Below are positions 33,860-45,892 of a stretch of DNA of 64,000 nt, one piece after another. Source of the stretch: Auanema rhodensis (Eukaryota > Animalia > Nematoda). The DNA lies in the NCBI GenBank assembly GCA_964057225.1, contig OZ059899.1, forward strand, positions 11,160,001 through 11,224,000. The letters run 5' to 3'. The translations under genes were made by a program, and so were the position numbers. The stretch's first letter is position 1, and each line of letters opens with the position of its first letter. The notes under the pieces were generated by a model. The model did no database searches, was not told where the DNA came from, and worked only from the letters and a program-made list of their open reading frames with translations.

Positions 33860-34452
33860 TACCAAAGTACGAAATAACAAAGCGCTGATTATAGGAAACG
33901 TGAATGAATGCAGATATTCTCAATTCCGATTCATTAACTAGATCGTGGTCAGCATTTTACAACATTGATAAAATAGAAACTGAGAAAAAAACATCAACAA
34001 ATGACACTATTAACTTGGTTTTTTGAACAGCATTTTTATATTTCTTTTTTCACTCTGAGAGAACTTATATTCATTGATTTTTCAAAATTTTCCATTTTTA
34101 ACATTATACATCTTGACTATCACACATTGAGAACAACAGTTGGCAATATTGGTTGTCACGTCATATTTCATGCAGTTAGATTTTCAGACACATTAATACC
34201 TTTGACCATTCTTCTTATGAGTTTTGTAACGATAGATCGTAATAGGAAATGAATTGCTATCATATGAAAAAATACAAGACATAGTCAACATTGATTTCCG
34301 AAAATAGTATCATGTTTGCTTGTTATTTAATTAGAACACTTATTTTTTCATTGTTTTCTTGAAATATTCTTTTTTTTTCTTTAACAAAGTTATGACTGAG
34401 ATCAAAATTTGAACTTACTTTTGAACAATTAAACAGAAATTTAAAAAATATT

Positions 34453-34526
34453 TGCCGCAAGCAGGGGTCGAACCTGCGACCTTGGGCTTATTAGACCCAC
34501 GCTCTAACCGACTGAGCTATGGCGGC
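34453..34526 (-). tRNA. tRNA-Ile (AAT), acceptor-stem G67T variant
   Basis: Plus strand TGCCGCAAGC. Confidence 0.88.
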
Positions 34527-35119
34527 TACGAAAGTACGAAATAACAAAGCGCTGATTATAGGAAACGTGAATGAATGCAGATATTCTCAATTCCGATTCA
34601 TTAACTAGATCGTGGTCAGCATTTTACAACATTGATAAAATAGAAACTGAGAAAAAAACATCAACAAATGACACTATTAACTTGGTTTTTTGAACAGCAT
34701 TTTTATATTTCTTTTTTCACTATGAGAGAACTTATATTTATTGCTTTTTCAAAATTTTCCATTTTTAACATTATACATCTTGACTATCACACATTGAGAA
34801 CAACAGTTGGCAATATTGGTTGTCACGTCATATTTCATGCAGTTAGATTTTCAGACACATTAATACCTTTGACCATTCTTCTTATGAGTTTTGTAACGAT
34901 AGATCGTAATAGGAAATGAATTGGTATAATATGAAAAAATACAAGACATAGTCAACATTGATTTCCCCAAATAGTATCATGTTTGCTTGTTATTCAATTA
35001 GAACACTTATTTTTTGATTGTTTTCTTGAAATATTCTTTTTTTTTCTTTAACAAAGTTATGACTGAGATCAAAATTTGAACTTACTTTTGAACAATTAAA
35101 GAGAAATTTAAAAAATATT

Positions 35120-35193
35120 TGCCGCCAGCAGGGGTCGAACCTGCGACCTTGGGCTTATTAGACCCACGCTCTAACCGACTGAGCTATGGCGGC
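35120..35193 (-). tRNA. tRNA-Ile (AAT)
   Basis: Consensus copy. Confidence 0.95.
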
Positions 35194-35786
35194 TACGAAA
35201 GTACGAAATAACAAAGCGCTGATTATAGGAAACGTGAATGAATGCAGATATTCTCAATTCCGATTCATTAACTAGATCGTGGTCAGCATTTTACAACATT
35301 GATAAAATAGAAACTGAGAAAAAAACATCAACAAATGACACTATTAACTTGGTTTTTTGAACAGCTTTTTTATATTTCTTTTTTCACTATGAGAGAACTT
35401 ATATTTATTGCTTTTTCAAAATTTTCCATTTTTAACATTATACATCTTGACTATCACACATTGAGAACAACAGTTGGCAATGTTGGTTGTCACGTCATAT
35501 TTCATGCAGTTAGATTTTCAGACACATTAATACCTTTGACCATTCTTCTTATGAGTTTTGTAACGATAATTCGTAATAGGAAATGAATTGGTATAATATG
35601 AAAAAATACAAGACATAGTCAACATTGATTTCCCCAAATAGTATCATGTTTGCTTGTTATTCAATTAGAACACTTATTTTTTGATTGTTTTCTTGAAATA
35701 TTCTTTTTTTTTCTTTAACAAAGTTATGACTGAGATCAAAATTTGAACTTACTTTTGAACAATTAAACAGAAATTTAAAAAATATT

Positions 35787-35860
35787 TGCCGCCAGCAGGG
35801 GTCGAACCTGCGACCTTGGGCTTATTAGACCCACGCTCTAACCGACTGAGCTATGGCGGC
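35787..35860 (-). tRNA. tRNA-Ile (AAT)
   Basis: Consensus copy. Confidence 0.95.
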
Positions 35861-36255
35861 TACCAAAGTACGAAATAACAAAGCGCTGATTATAGGAAAC
35901 GTGAATGAATGCAGATATTCTCAATTCCGATTCATTAACTAGATCGTGGTCAGCATTTTACAACATTGATAAAATAGAAACTGAGAAAAAAACATCAACA
36001 AATGACACTATTAACTTGGTTTTTTGAACAGCATTTTTATATTTCTTTTTTCACTCTGAGAGAACTTATATTCATTGATTTTTCAAAATTTTCCATTTTT
36101 AACATTATACATCTTGACTATCACACATTGAGAACAACAGTTGGCAATATTGGTTGTCACGTCATATTTCATGCAGTTAGATTTTCAGACACATTAATAC
36201 CTTTGACCATTCTTCTTATGAGTTTTGTAACGATAGATCGTAATAGGAAATGAAT

Positions 36256-36613
36256 CGTTCCATTCGGATGATCAATGCATTACATTCATATGACGAAGCT
36301 GTAGCAGGCGGGTTAGAGTCAGAGAATGCGAGACTGAGAGAAGACGACCCGCCCTTTTCCATATTACAACACTTCAGCTTTGCCTCAGGGACGATCATGG
36401 ATGGTTGGTCGTTCTCTCTCTGTTCTCTATTAGTTTAACCTTTACTTAGTTATATGTATCTTATTGTAATCACGTAGATATAATAAACCAATCTTTCTCG
36501 AGTCTTATGTTTATCCTTATGCTCCATGTTTAACCGCTACATCTGGAATACTACCACGCTCATCTTGTAGACTCCATTGGTCTGTAAGATCGACGCGGGA
36601 GCATAACGGAACG
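36256..36613 (+). repeat. 5' LTR of element C (CGTTCC...GGAACG)
   Basis: Direct repeat of 46535-46892; contains AATAAA. Confidence 0.97.
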
Positions 36614-36626
36614 TGGAGGTTCCACC
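36614..36626 (+). promoter_or_regulatory. PBS of element C (tRNA-Gln)
   Basis: TGGAGGTTCCACC, identical to A and B. Confidence 0.85.
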
Positions 36627-38118
36627 TCGAACTTATCACAATTTTTTTCCTTCTCTTTAATGTTTGTGTTGTTAATTCATTTTCAAATTTCTTTCATCTC
36701 TCTTTTTCTCATACCATCTACTCTATGTCTTAACACAATACGGAGGGGCCAACAACGTTAAATGGGAACAGAGGCAAGGAATCCTTTTTTTTTTAAAGAA
36801 GGATTATACGTTTCGAGATTATTATTTTCCCGTTTGTTCACAAAAATTCTTTCGTCTGAACCTTTAAATTTCGTATCCTTGCTTATAACATCTGAAATGC
36901 TCTGTTACCCAACCTTGAAGCTTGATGAGGGCTTTAGGCTGAATTAGTGAACAAATTCACCTAAAGTAATTGTTATTTCGTATTTCCCACGCTTTCTCCT
37001 TTTTAAGGATTAATTTTGGCTTCAAGGAAAGAATAACTTCGGTTATATCTTTATATTTCGTGGATGAAGTTTGTTTTGCGATCAGGACTATTTTATTTTG
37101 CGTTACGATTTCGTTCAGACAAATTTTGCTTCTAACATCTTAAATTTATAATCAGTACGCATGAAAAAAATTACACGGGAAACCTCACCAAAAAGGGAGG
37201 ATTGTTAATTTATAGATCGCTATAGTCCGAAAAATCCTGTTGAAAAATGTTATCTCGAATTTGAATCATGATTAACACAGGTCGTGTTGGCTAAAGCATA
37301 TCGGTTTGGATTTTCTCCCCTTACTGAATGTCACCTTCCTCATACCGTTATTGTTGTTCAGAAGCATAAGACTCACGCATTGAACCTTATTCCAACTTTA
37401 ATACTAGTTCTTGTAATATTTAGCCATTTAACTCTGCTTTTATTTCAAAATTCGATTTCTGATCACGAAATACCTACATTCATCATTGCGAAACGCTCTT
37501 TTGTAAAACTAATATTACGAATCCCATGACTTTTGTTACAACGAAACATGCGAGCTACACCAAATGTATTTGAAAACCAGATTGTAAAGAAACAAAAATT
37601 ATTTTTGGTGACAAAAGAGAAATTGGTGCACATTTATTGTTAAACTGCTCTTTTATCAAAAGCATGTTACGAATTACACCATAAGTTTTGTTGCAAGATG
37701 ACACACCACATGGCCGAGAAACTAGTGTAACAAAACATAAGTTTAGTCAGCATGAGGAAAATGGTTGCATACAAATCAGTAAAATGTGCTGTAATTGAAC
37801 GAATATTACGAATTACACTAAACGTTTTGTAAAATAACAGCTTGGTCACCCCAGATGTTTTGTGAATCAGATTTTCAACTACAGAGAAAATACGGAGAGC
37901 ACCAGAGTCCCGATATCACACAGTAGAAGGCGGATCCATCGCCATTGGCCAAGGCATCGACCTCATTCTCACAAGTTGTCGATACGACACCGGTCGCTCT
38001 CCAAAGCCTTTCTCATTTTGCCTACATCCTCATCCTTATTCACCGCATTCTTTAACGTCTCAACATCCCACACGTTACCAAGCACTCAAGGTTTTTTCAA
38101 ACCAAGAGTTCTAGCAAG

Positions 38119-41100
38119 GTGGCTAAGAGATTCCATTCAGCCGTACCTATAAGTACGCATTTCGATTCCCAAGACTCAGCTCCCTTTACCAGAAGTCGAG
38201 CTCGAGCTCAAGACGTCGCTATATTAGAAGAGGAGCAGAAAGTCGACAAGAAGCCGGATAATTTCCTTATTCCTACTACCGATTCTGTCTCACCTACTGA
38301 ACAACTAGGCGACCCGGACTACGTACCTACTATAGAAGAAGAACTATCAATCATTGTGGAGGAACAAACACCGATCACTCCTAAAAAGGTACGCTCCTCT
38401 AATTCTAATAAAAATAAGAAAAATCAAAACATCAGCGACGCTTCTCTCTCTCTCTCACTAACTGAACCAACCGATTCCCCTTTACTTTCAAAAACTTCTA
38501 GCGCGGGTGGGCTTAGTTCTCTTAGAAACATTGTTACTGATCTTTTTAACCTTTCGCCTAAAGATAAAACTTTCAACACCAAGCGCAAAAGCAGATATTC
38601 ATCAGTCCCTAACATTAATATCTCACCAATTCAACCACCTGCACCAAATACCAGTATTCATCAAACTTTTACTCCCATCTTAACAACAACAGACTCACTT
38701 CCTAAGGCACCCAATAGACCTATTCCATCCACGCAAACAACCCCTATTTTGGAGACCCCACCAATAACAGGTAGAACGATCAAAATACCATCTACCCGTA
38801 CGAATAACATCATGACGGAAGCTGTTTCCTCACTACCTGGGGCAGGGAAAACAACAATCGCGCAAGCCTTACTTTCGCCTTACTGTCCAACTTACGACGG
38901 CAGTCGTAACTTCCGTGATTTTACGGGTAAATTCAACTTGTTTGCTAATGCCATTGGCCTTGTTATCCCTGAAAGGTTAGCACTTCTTCCTTTGCTTCTC
39001 AAAAATGAAGCAGCAGAAGAAGCTTACAGACAAGTTCCTGAACAACTTAAAACAACTGGTTCGTGGAATGATCTGATTAGAGCACTAACATCGAAGCTCT
39101 GCCCTGAATATAACCAAGACCCTGCACTTATTAACCTTCAAAACACCACGCAAGGGGAATTGACAATTGATGCATACGCCCAAGCATTAAGAACAATGGC
39201 ATTGAGTGCATTTGCATCTGATGACCCACATAAAGATCAAATACTGAGATCAACATTCCTCAGAGGACTTAAAAATTCTCTAAAACCAGCTGTGATCCGA
39301 GCAAAGCCAAAATCCTTCACAGAAGCGATTGAAGCAGCTCGCTGGGAGGAATCGATAGTGAACCAAACAACAGACACGCAATCGATGTTGGTCAACGCTG
39401 TGAACAAAGCACTAGCACCCTTTGCGCGTAATGATGAGAGACGAGATAGCCAAACATTTAATCGCAATTATCAACGCGATAACCAAATGATAAGAAATAA
39501 TCAAAATTATCAAAATAATCAAAATTATCAAAATTATCAAAAAAATAAAAACTTTTCTAATTTCAATAATAATCGAAACCGTTACGGTTCTTTCGCTAAT
39601 AATAATCGCCGTACAAATTATAACGAACAAGATAATAGGCAATCGAGTTCTGATTGGCATCAAAGAAATTATAATTTTCGTCATAACAACCAACGAGGTA
39701 GATTCAATAACAACAACGGACAAAGAAGAGTTCAATTCAAAAATCCAAGAGACAACTCAAGAGGAAGAGATAGAAGCTCAACAAGAATAAACTCTGTCAC
39801 CCTTTCGCCTTTGACGCTCACAGTTATCATGGCAATAACAGCAGCAATATTCTTGCCCTGTGCATCTACATATCAAATCTGTACAAGAGCAACAGGAGGC
39901 GCATTACTTATGCCACCAACAATCAGAAAATGCAGATTAACAGAGAAAAACCATGTGCTACGTACAGAAGTTCATCTGTACACAAGAAATCACACAGCAC
40001 ACGAATGGGATGCGTGGCGTTGTTCAGAGGAAGTACACAAGTTATGCGTACGAGACCTGCTATTCCTCCGCGATACGAACAGAACAATAAATAGAATACA
40101 GCCTATAGGAGAGCGCGAATGCAGACAGGCGATCCGCGATCGCAAGTGGAATAACATAGAACTGCAACGCATTGATAGTATCACCCAAGCAACTCCGGAG
40201 CCCTCCTATGACCCAGCGCGCGCGTTCAACCGCGACGCGTGCGAGGAGCGGTCACGTCTAATATTAGAGCGCGGAGTCATGACCCGTATGCCTGACGATA
40301 CAATATTGTCAAACTTAATATTAAACACGGAAGGATGCAATGCACATCATGGTAATTGTGAATCAAGTACATCAATAATAATATGGGACCCACAAACCAC
40401 TGCTTCACGTTGTAATTACATCGATATGCATACATATGACGCTATCATTAGTCAAGATACTATTTTAATCCCTAGTACACAATCGGCACTTATTCTTTCG
40501 AGCAAACCAACTCCGAAACCTATTTCTTCTTGCTTCAGGCAGCCAGCGTTCCATACGACATCAGGAAATTATATCATTCTTCCTAAATTTCCAAACGACA
40601 ACAATATAACCACCCTTATTGAAAGAGAGTTCAAAAAGCTGCCGTTTAAAAGACCAAAACGTGCAGTCACCGAAGGATATTCTTTCCCACTGGATCAAGA
40701 TCGGATCAACGAAGTTGAAGATTATGAAACAGTATTGCTTCACGTCTGTCCATATACTTTCCTAAGACCATTAATGAGTAATCCCGGTATTACTTCAATT
40801 ATTCCTATAATCAAAGGAAGACGTTTAGTAGATCCAACATACTCTCTAAAGGCATGGATAACATCACATAAAGAAAAATTCGAATTTTTCTTCAGAATTC
40901 AAATAAATGAACATTCTGTTCGACATTTTCTCAAGCAATACGATTTCAGTGATAAAGAAGAAGCTCTGCTATATTATATAGCACAAAGAGAATTAGCCAT
41001 TACTACAAAGGCAGCAATATCATACTTAACATCTGAACAGCTTCTCGAACAAATATCAGATCGTTTGACAGTAATCGAATTCGATGAAATCATAAGGAAG

Positions 41101-42078
41101 AAAGAAGGTTCATATCGCGAACGAATTGAAAGCATAGCTCTCAATTTAACCAATACACCAGTTATAATTGAAGAAGGACTGACAGTTCCATCACGACAAG
41201 AAGTCCTACAAACGTTCATACAAATGCCACCAATAAGGAAACGTATACTAACTGACGAGGAAGAGAAGAAAAGCGAATTCATTAAGGCAACGATCAATTT
41301 ACTAAGAGAACTAAAAACCCTCACAACAGTACGATGGAATAAAACTGCAGCATTTATTGATGACAGAAAATTTATAAAATTGCCAGCATCACGACAATTC
41401 ATGCCAAATACAGATAAACTATTTTATGACAGGAAGAATAATTATGGAATACCGATCGGCCCACACCCTAAGCTGATCAAGCCCAGCAATCTTTCAAAGA
41501 AATTATTATTGGAAATATTTTTACCCCTGCTCAATAATGTAAAAACACCTTATACATCGAGTAGGATAACACAAGAACAACTTCAAATCTTAATGGCAGA
41601 GAAAAATGAAACAAATTTTCGGCAAATCGCAACGCGGACATCCAGCGTCGCGGCAGGCGGCGCGGCTAGCGTCGCTGCAGGCGGCGCGGCTAGCGGCGCG
41701 GTTGTGACACCAGTCCAACCTTTGATCGAACAGAAGGGAACAATCCAATCAGTTACCACAATACAGCCGCATATAACGAACAATCCTCACACAAATGCAA
41801 CAACCACCACAAGAGCACCATCATGGAGGCAACAGCCATCAACAACGGCGCCTCACACGACCGCTGCGACAACAGCACGCACAACAACATCAACCGCTCG
41901 TTCGCCAACAACAACAAGAAGCTATGCCATATACAAAGACGCACAGATTCCAAAAATACAAGAGACAACCGAAGCCTCTCCAACATTGATTCGAAAAAAA
42001 CCGAGCTTCCTCAACACCATCAGTAGAAACCTCAAATTTAGTGGAAGCAAATGCGAGATACATAGCAACGAAAATTGA
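38119..42078 (+). CDS. Element C polyprotein, N-terminal part (Gag plus most of the Env ectodomain), cut by a frameshift in the A7 run at 41994-42000
   Basis: Homologous to B and D: YCPTYDGSRNF, signal peptide then YQIC, furin-type KRPKR, Thr-rich region. Confidence 0.85.
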   Translation: MAKRFHSAVPISTHFDSQDSAPFTRSRARAQDVAILEEEQKVDKKPDNFLIPTTDSVSPTEQLGDPDYVPTIEEELSIIVEEQTPITPKKVRSSNSNKNKKNQNISDASLSLSLTEPTDSPLLSKTSSAGGLSSLRNIVTDLFNLSPKDKTFNTKRKSRYSSVPNINISPIQPPAPNTSIHQTFTPILTTTDSLPKAPNRPIPSTQTTPILETPPITGRTIKIPSTRTNNIMTEAVSSLPGAGKTTIAQALLSPYCPTYDGSRNFRDFTGKFNLFANAIGLVIPERLALLPLLLKNEAAEEAYRQVPEQLKTTGSWNDLIRALTSKLCPEYNQDPALINLQNTTQGELTIDAYAQALRTMALSAFASDDPHKDQILRSTFLRGLKNSLKPAVIRAKPKSFTEAIEAARWEESIVNQTTDTQSMLVNAVNKALAPFARNDERRDSQTFNRNYQRDNQMIRNNQNYQNNQNYQNYQKNKNFSNFNNNRNRYGSFANNNRRTNYNEQDNRQSSSDWHQRNYNFRHNNQRGRFNNNNGQRRVQFKNPRDNSRGRDRSSTRINSVTLSPLTLTVIMAITAAIFLPCASTYQICTRATGGALLMPPTIRKCRLTEKNHVLRTEVHLYTRNHTAHEWDAWRCSEEVHKLCVRDLLFLRDTNRTINRIQPIGERECRQAIRDRKWNNIELQRIDSITQATPEPSYDPARAFNRDACEERSRLILERGVMTRMPDDTILSNLILNTEGCNAHHGNCESSTSIIIWDPQTTASRCNYIDMHTYDAIISQDTILIPSTQSALILSSKPTPKPISSCFRQPAFHTTSGNYIILPKFPNDNNITTLIEREFKKLPFKRPKRAVTEGYSFPLDQDRINEVEDYETVLLHVCPYTFLRPLMSNPGITSIIPIIKGRRLVDPTYSLKAWITSHKEKFEFFFRIQINEHSVRHFLKQYDFSDKEEALLYYIAQRELAITTKAAISYLTSEQLLEQISDRLTVIEFDEIIRKKEGSYRERIESIALNLTNTPVIIEEGLTVPSRQEVLQTFIQMPPIRKRILTDEEEKKSEFIKATINLLRELKTLTTVRWNKTAAFIDDRKFIKLPASRQFMPNTDKLFYDRKNNYGIPIGPHPKLIKPSNLSKKLLLEIFLPLLNNVKTPYTSSRITQEQLQILMAEKNETNFRQIATRTSSVAAGGAASVAAGGAASGAVVTPVQPLIEQKGTIQSVTTIQPHITNNPHTNATTTTRAPSWRQQPSTTAPHTTAATTARTTTSTARSPTTTRSYAIYKDAQIPKIQETTEASPTLIRKKPSFLNTISRNLKFSGSKCEIHSNEN

Positions 42079-45000
42079 CTCGGTACAAGAGTTTCGTCAA
42101 AATATATCGAACAAAATAGCCCAAGATCATTTACAGTATGCTACTACAATGATCCAAGAGGAATTACAGAAACATTTTGAAGAATCATACGAATCGATTT
42201 GCGAGATACAAAATCGGTATCTGGAATTATGGAAATCAATTCTACAAATTGAACCAACAATCGCAATGCGAACAATACTGGGAAGAGAAGATATAGCCGC
42301 ACGGTTTGTAGGCAATGAAATTTTGCATATACATGTATGCCCTACAGTGCTAGAGAAAACCATTTATCACAATCACACCGTAAATGGCACATGCTATCTC
42401 GAAACCCCAGTCTGGACACAAGACGGACAGTTACTGTTTGCAGCACCCGGATCCAAGGATCTTTTACCTCATGGTAAAGAAATAAGCTGTGATCACGTAC
42501 CAACAGATATCTGGTCTAGCGAAGGTGAATGGAAAGGAATTAATGGGACTGCAGACGTCAATCTTGTATCAATGTGGGACGGACTTCATCACGAAAAAAT
42601 AACACCATTAAAATTCACCGGAGCTCACTTATACACTAATTTATCGTCTCGTGTATACTCAATGACCACAGCCATAGCTTACGGTGCGAGTTTAGCATCG
42701 ATTCGTCAGAATCACGTTCTTCACACAATTCACAATGATCCAAAGATATCAGCTACATTCAGTGTACTAAAAAAAAGTAGCGACTACATATCGAAAGCTC
42801 AAGAATTCACCAAGAGCACATGGAAGTCATTCATCGATACAATTGCAGGAACGATTGAGCGAACACTAATAACAATCGGTGCAATTACATTATTTACCAT
42901 CATACTCTTTGTGATAGGTTTCATTGTAAAGATCTATTTCTTCAAACCAGTAGGCATACCAGTTATGCATATTGCACTCAAAGATCACGACAGTGATCTA
43001 CCAACATACGAAGAAACTTTGGAATTAGTTAGTCATCCGGATCAACCGATTCCAAGACACATAATGAAACAATACTATCCATCAATGCTCACATTCATAC
43101 CAATCGCACTACCATTAGTTTGCTCGATTTCCAAAAAGAAAGATCAAGCACTACCACTTCTATGGATGACTGTTAATGATAGACTGATCCTAACTTTATG
43201 GGACTCAGGTTCGTCCGTCAGTTACATAAGAATATCGACACTACACTACTTAGCTTTGAATGACTTTGTTAAGAAGAATACATTAAGAGCAACAACAGCG
43301 AACGGATCAGAATTTGTATTCATTGGTACTATCGACTTAACCGTCGAAATAGCCGGTTACGAAATCGACCATACATTCTTCATATCAGACGACAAAGACT
43401 GTCCATCGCCAGCGTTGATTGGATTAGATTTCATGAAAACACTTGACTGTCAAAACATTGGCATGAAACTAAGACCATACAAAAGAACACTGGAAATTGG
43501 AAATCATGTAGTACCTTTGGCTAGCGGAATTAACGGGGATATTAACAGGATATCAAAAACTGTTAATTTGATAACCTTGGAGCCGCGGAGTCTACTTCCT
43601 CGACAAGTTTTTAATTTCCAAGTCCAATTAGAGAACCCAATCGGAGAAGACTTAATCGCTATGATTAAACCAAACGACAATACTCCTCTCTCACCTCGAT
43701 ACGACACAGCATTTCGCGATGTTAACTCCATCAATATCCAATTCCGGAACAATTCTAAAGAATTCATAGAAATACCGGCCGGCACTGTGATTGCAGAAGC
43801 CGAAATAGGATCTATACCGGACTATGAAATCTTCTCAACAGAACAACAGTACGACTATATTCCACCAGAAGCAGACTGGGAAGGCAAATTACCTCACTTC
43901 CCTGGTGATTTCATGAAAGAACTTGACCTAAAAGAGGCTGATCTTACGCAACGACAAAAAGACGAACTACGAAACATCATTCGTCAACGTAAGAAGGCAT
44001 TCCTCAATGAAGATAAAAAGATAGGATTGTTCAAAGGACCAGTAGAACACAAGATACCACTACGAACGGATATGGATATGCCAAAGCCACGAATTTCACG
44101 TATACCTCTCGGGAAACAAGAAGAGGTAGAAAGACAAGTCCAAGAAATGCTCGAGCAAGGGATAATAGAACGATCGACATCTTTGTTCAACAGCCCTGTC
44201 GTTCTCGTTAAGAAAAAAGACGAAACATTCCGTTTCGTTACGGATTTCCGAGCCTTAAATAACGTTACAAGAAAACAAACATATGTGATTCCTAACATCT
44301 CTGATATCATTGACTTAGCGGCTGGATCACAATACTTTTCTAATTTTGATCTTGTTTCTGGCTTTTTCCAAATACCATTATTGAAGAAGGATAGACCACT
44401 CACATCCTTTACCACCAATAGTGGGACTTATCAATACAGGAGAATGCCTATGGGATTATGTGGTGCGCCACATACCTTTCAAACAGCCGTGAGATATCTC
44501 CAAAGTAAATGTAAATGCCGACTATTTGTCTATTTGGACGATTTACTAGTCATATCAGACAGCGCAGAACAACACCTCGAAGACATCAAAGAAGTATTAC
44601 TCGCTGTAGAAAGACTAGGATTTAAGATTAAACTCAAGAAATGTTCATTTGCAAGACCAGAAGTGAAATTTCTCGGACTCATTGTCGGAAGAGACGGAGT
44701 TAAGCCCGATCAACAGAAAGTTTCCGCCATCCGCGATTACCCTGCTCCTCAAACACCCACAGGAGTAAGAGCATTCTTAGGAATGGTCGGATTCTTTAGA
44801 AAATTTATTAAAGATTTTGCACATATAGCAAGTCCGCTGTATGACCTTACTAAGCTAGACGCAGACTTCAATTGGACTAGCGAATGTCAACGTTCACTAG
44901 ATAAGCTAAAGGAACGACTAATCGAAGCACCGGTACTGAAACCACCACGATCAGACCGAACTTTCATCATTGAAAGTGATGGCAGCAACATCGCCATAGG

Positions 45001-45892
45001 CGCAGTATTACTGCAGCCCGAAGATCCAAACGAACCATTCAAGAACTTACATCCAATTGCTTTCGCAAGTAGGAAATTAGTAAAAGCAGAACGTAACTAT
45101 GCTCCCATAGAGATAGAAGCCTTAGGCTTAGTTTACGCTCTAGCACAGTTTCGAACATACATACTTGGATCACATTCAATTTGCATCACCGATCATCGCC
45201 CATTGACAAGCTTACTAACTAGAAGAGACCTATTTGGAAGACTAGCAAAGTTCCAATTGGTCATACAGGAATACGATATTGAGATCAAATATCGAGAAGG
45301 CAGATTAAACAAAGTCTGTGACGCACTCTCTAGATACATTGGAGATGAAGCTAACGATCCAAAGACGTCGAACAAGAAACAAAAGACGAATTCGAAAGAG
45401 AAAATTGAGACACAACAAGTAAATGTTGTGAAGTTACCAGAATTCAGCTCAATCCAACAAAATACTCCTTGGATCAAGAGAACAATAGCTGAGATTGAAT
45501 ACAGAACGAAGAAAAATATGATTCAAAATGATCGTTATTGTGTTATAAACAACTTACTCTACACAAAACCAAGCGTCAAAAGACCTCATCCAGCGTTAAT
45601 ATTGCCATCGGATAGTGATATAATTAACAAAATCATTGAAGAATTTCATGAAGACCCAACAATCGGGGCGCATCAAGGAATCAACAAAACAAAAGAAGCC
45701 ATATTACGAAGATTTTCCTGGACTAACATGCAGAACGACATAGCAAAATACGTAAAACAGTGCATCAAATGTGCACAACGAAAGAAAGATCCTCATGCTA
45801 TGACCGTACAACCGATGGGTCAATTTAACATACCATCAAAACCATTTGAGAGAATACATATGGATATCATGGGACCATTCCCAACATACTAG
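42041..45892 (+). CDS. Element C polyprotein, C-terminal part (Env C-terminus and TM, PR, RT, RNase H, truncated integrase)
   Basis: LWDSGS, YLDD, IESDGS, HHCC; stops at HMDIMGPFPTY, just after the first catalytic Asp of integrase. Confidence 0.85.
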   Translation: MEANARYIATKIDSVQEFRQNISNKIAQDHLQYATTMIQEELQKHFEESYESICEIQNRYLELWKSILQIEPTIAMRTILGREDIAARFVGNEILHIHVCPTVLEKTIYHNHTVNGTCYLETPVWTQDGQLLFAAPGSKDLLPHGKEISCDHVPTDIWSSEGEWKGINGTADVNLVSMWDGLHHEKITPLKFTGAHLYTNLSSRVYSMTTAIAYGASLASIRQNHVLHTIHNDPKISATFSVLKKSSDYISKAQEFTKSTWKSFIDTIAGTIERTLITIGAITLFTIILFVIGFIVKIYFFKPVGIPVMHIALKDHDSDLPTYEETLELVSHPDQPIPRHIMKQYYPSMLTFIPIALPLVCSISKKKDQALPLLWMTVNDRLILTLWDSGSSVSYIRISTLHYLALNDFVKKNTLRATTANGSEFVFIGTIDLTVEIAGYEIDHTFFISDDKDCPSPALIGLDFMKTLDCQNIGMKLRPYKRTLEIGNHVVPLASGINGDINRISKTVNLITLEPRSLLPRQVFNFQVQLENPIGEDLIAMIKPNDNTPLSPRYDTAFRDVNSINIQFRNNSKEFIEIPAGTVIAEAEIGSIPDYEIFSTEQQYDYIPPEADWEGKLPHFPGDFMKELDLKEADLTQRQKDELRNIIRQRKKAFLNEDKKIGLFKGPVEHKIPLRTDMDMPKPRISRIPLGKQEEVERQVQEMLEQGIIERSTSLFNSPVVLVKKKDETFRFVTDFRALNNVTRKQTYVIPNISDIIDLAAGSQYFSNFDLVSGFFQIPLLKKDRPLTSFTTNSGTYQYRRMPMGLCGAPHTFQTAVRYLQSKCKCRLFVYLDDLLVISDSAEQHLEDIKEVLLAVERLGFKIKLKKCSFARPEVKFLGLIVGRDGVKPDQQKVSAIRDYPAPQTPTGVRAFLGMVGFFRKFIKDFAHIASPLYDLTKLDADFNWTSECQRSLDKLKERLIEAPVLKPPRSDRTFIIESDGSNIAIGAVLLQPEDPNEPFKNLHPIAFASRKLVKAERNYAPIEIEALGLVYALAQFRTYILGSHSICITDHRPLTSLLTRRDLFGRLAKFQLVIQEYDIEIKYREGRLNKVCDALSRYIGDEANDPKTSNKKQKTNSKEKIETQQVNVVKLPEFSSIQQNTPWIKRTIAEIEYRTKKNMIQNDRYCVINNLLYTKPSVKRPHPALILPSDSDIINKIIEEFHEDPTIGAHQGINKTKEAILRRFSWTNMQNDIAKYVKQCIKCAQRKKDPHAMTVQPMGQFNIPSKPFERIHMDIMGPFPTY

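Larger units (their letters stand above)
25959..36255 (-). repeat. tRNA-Ile(AAT) tandem array, segment 2 (15 tRNA genes, exact 667-bp period, trimeric higher-order repeat)
   Basis: tRNA coordinates are 26449+667n through 35787. Confidence 0.98.

Noticed and set aside
41990-42045. Programmed -1 ribosomal frameshift at A AAA AAC in element C
   Set aside because: The downstream ORF is in the +1 frame, and B and D read through in frame. Deleting one A restores homology (IRKNRASSTPSVET versus D LRKQRTSSPPVET)
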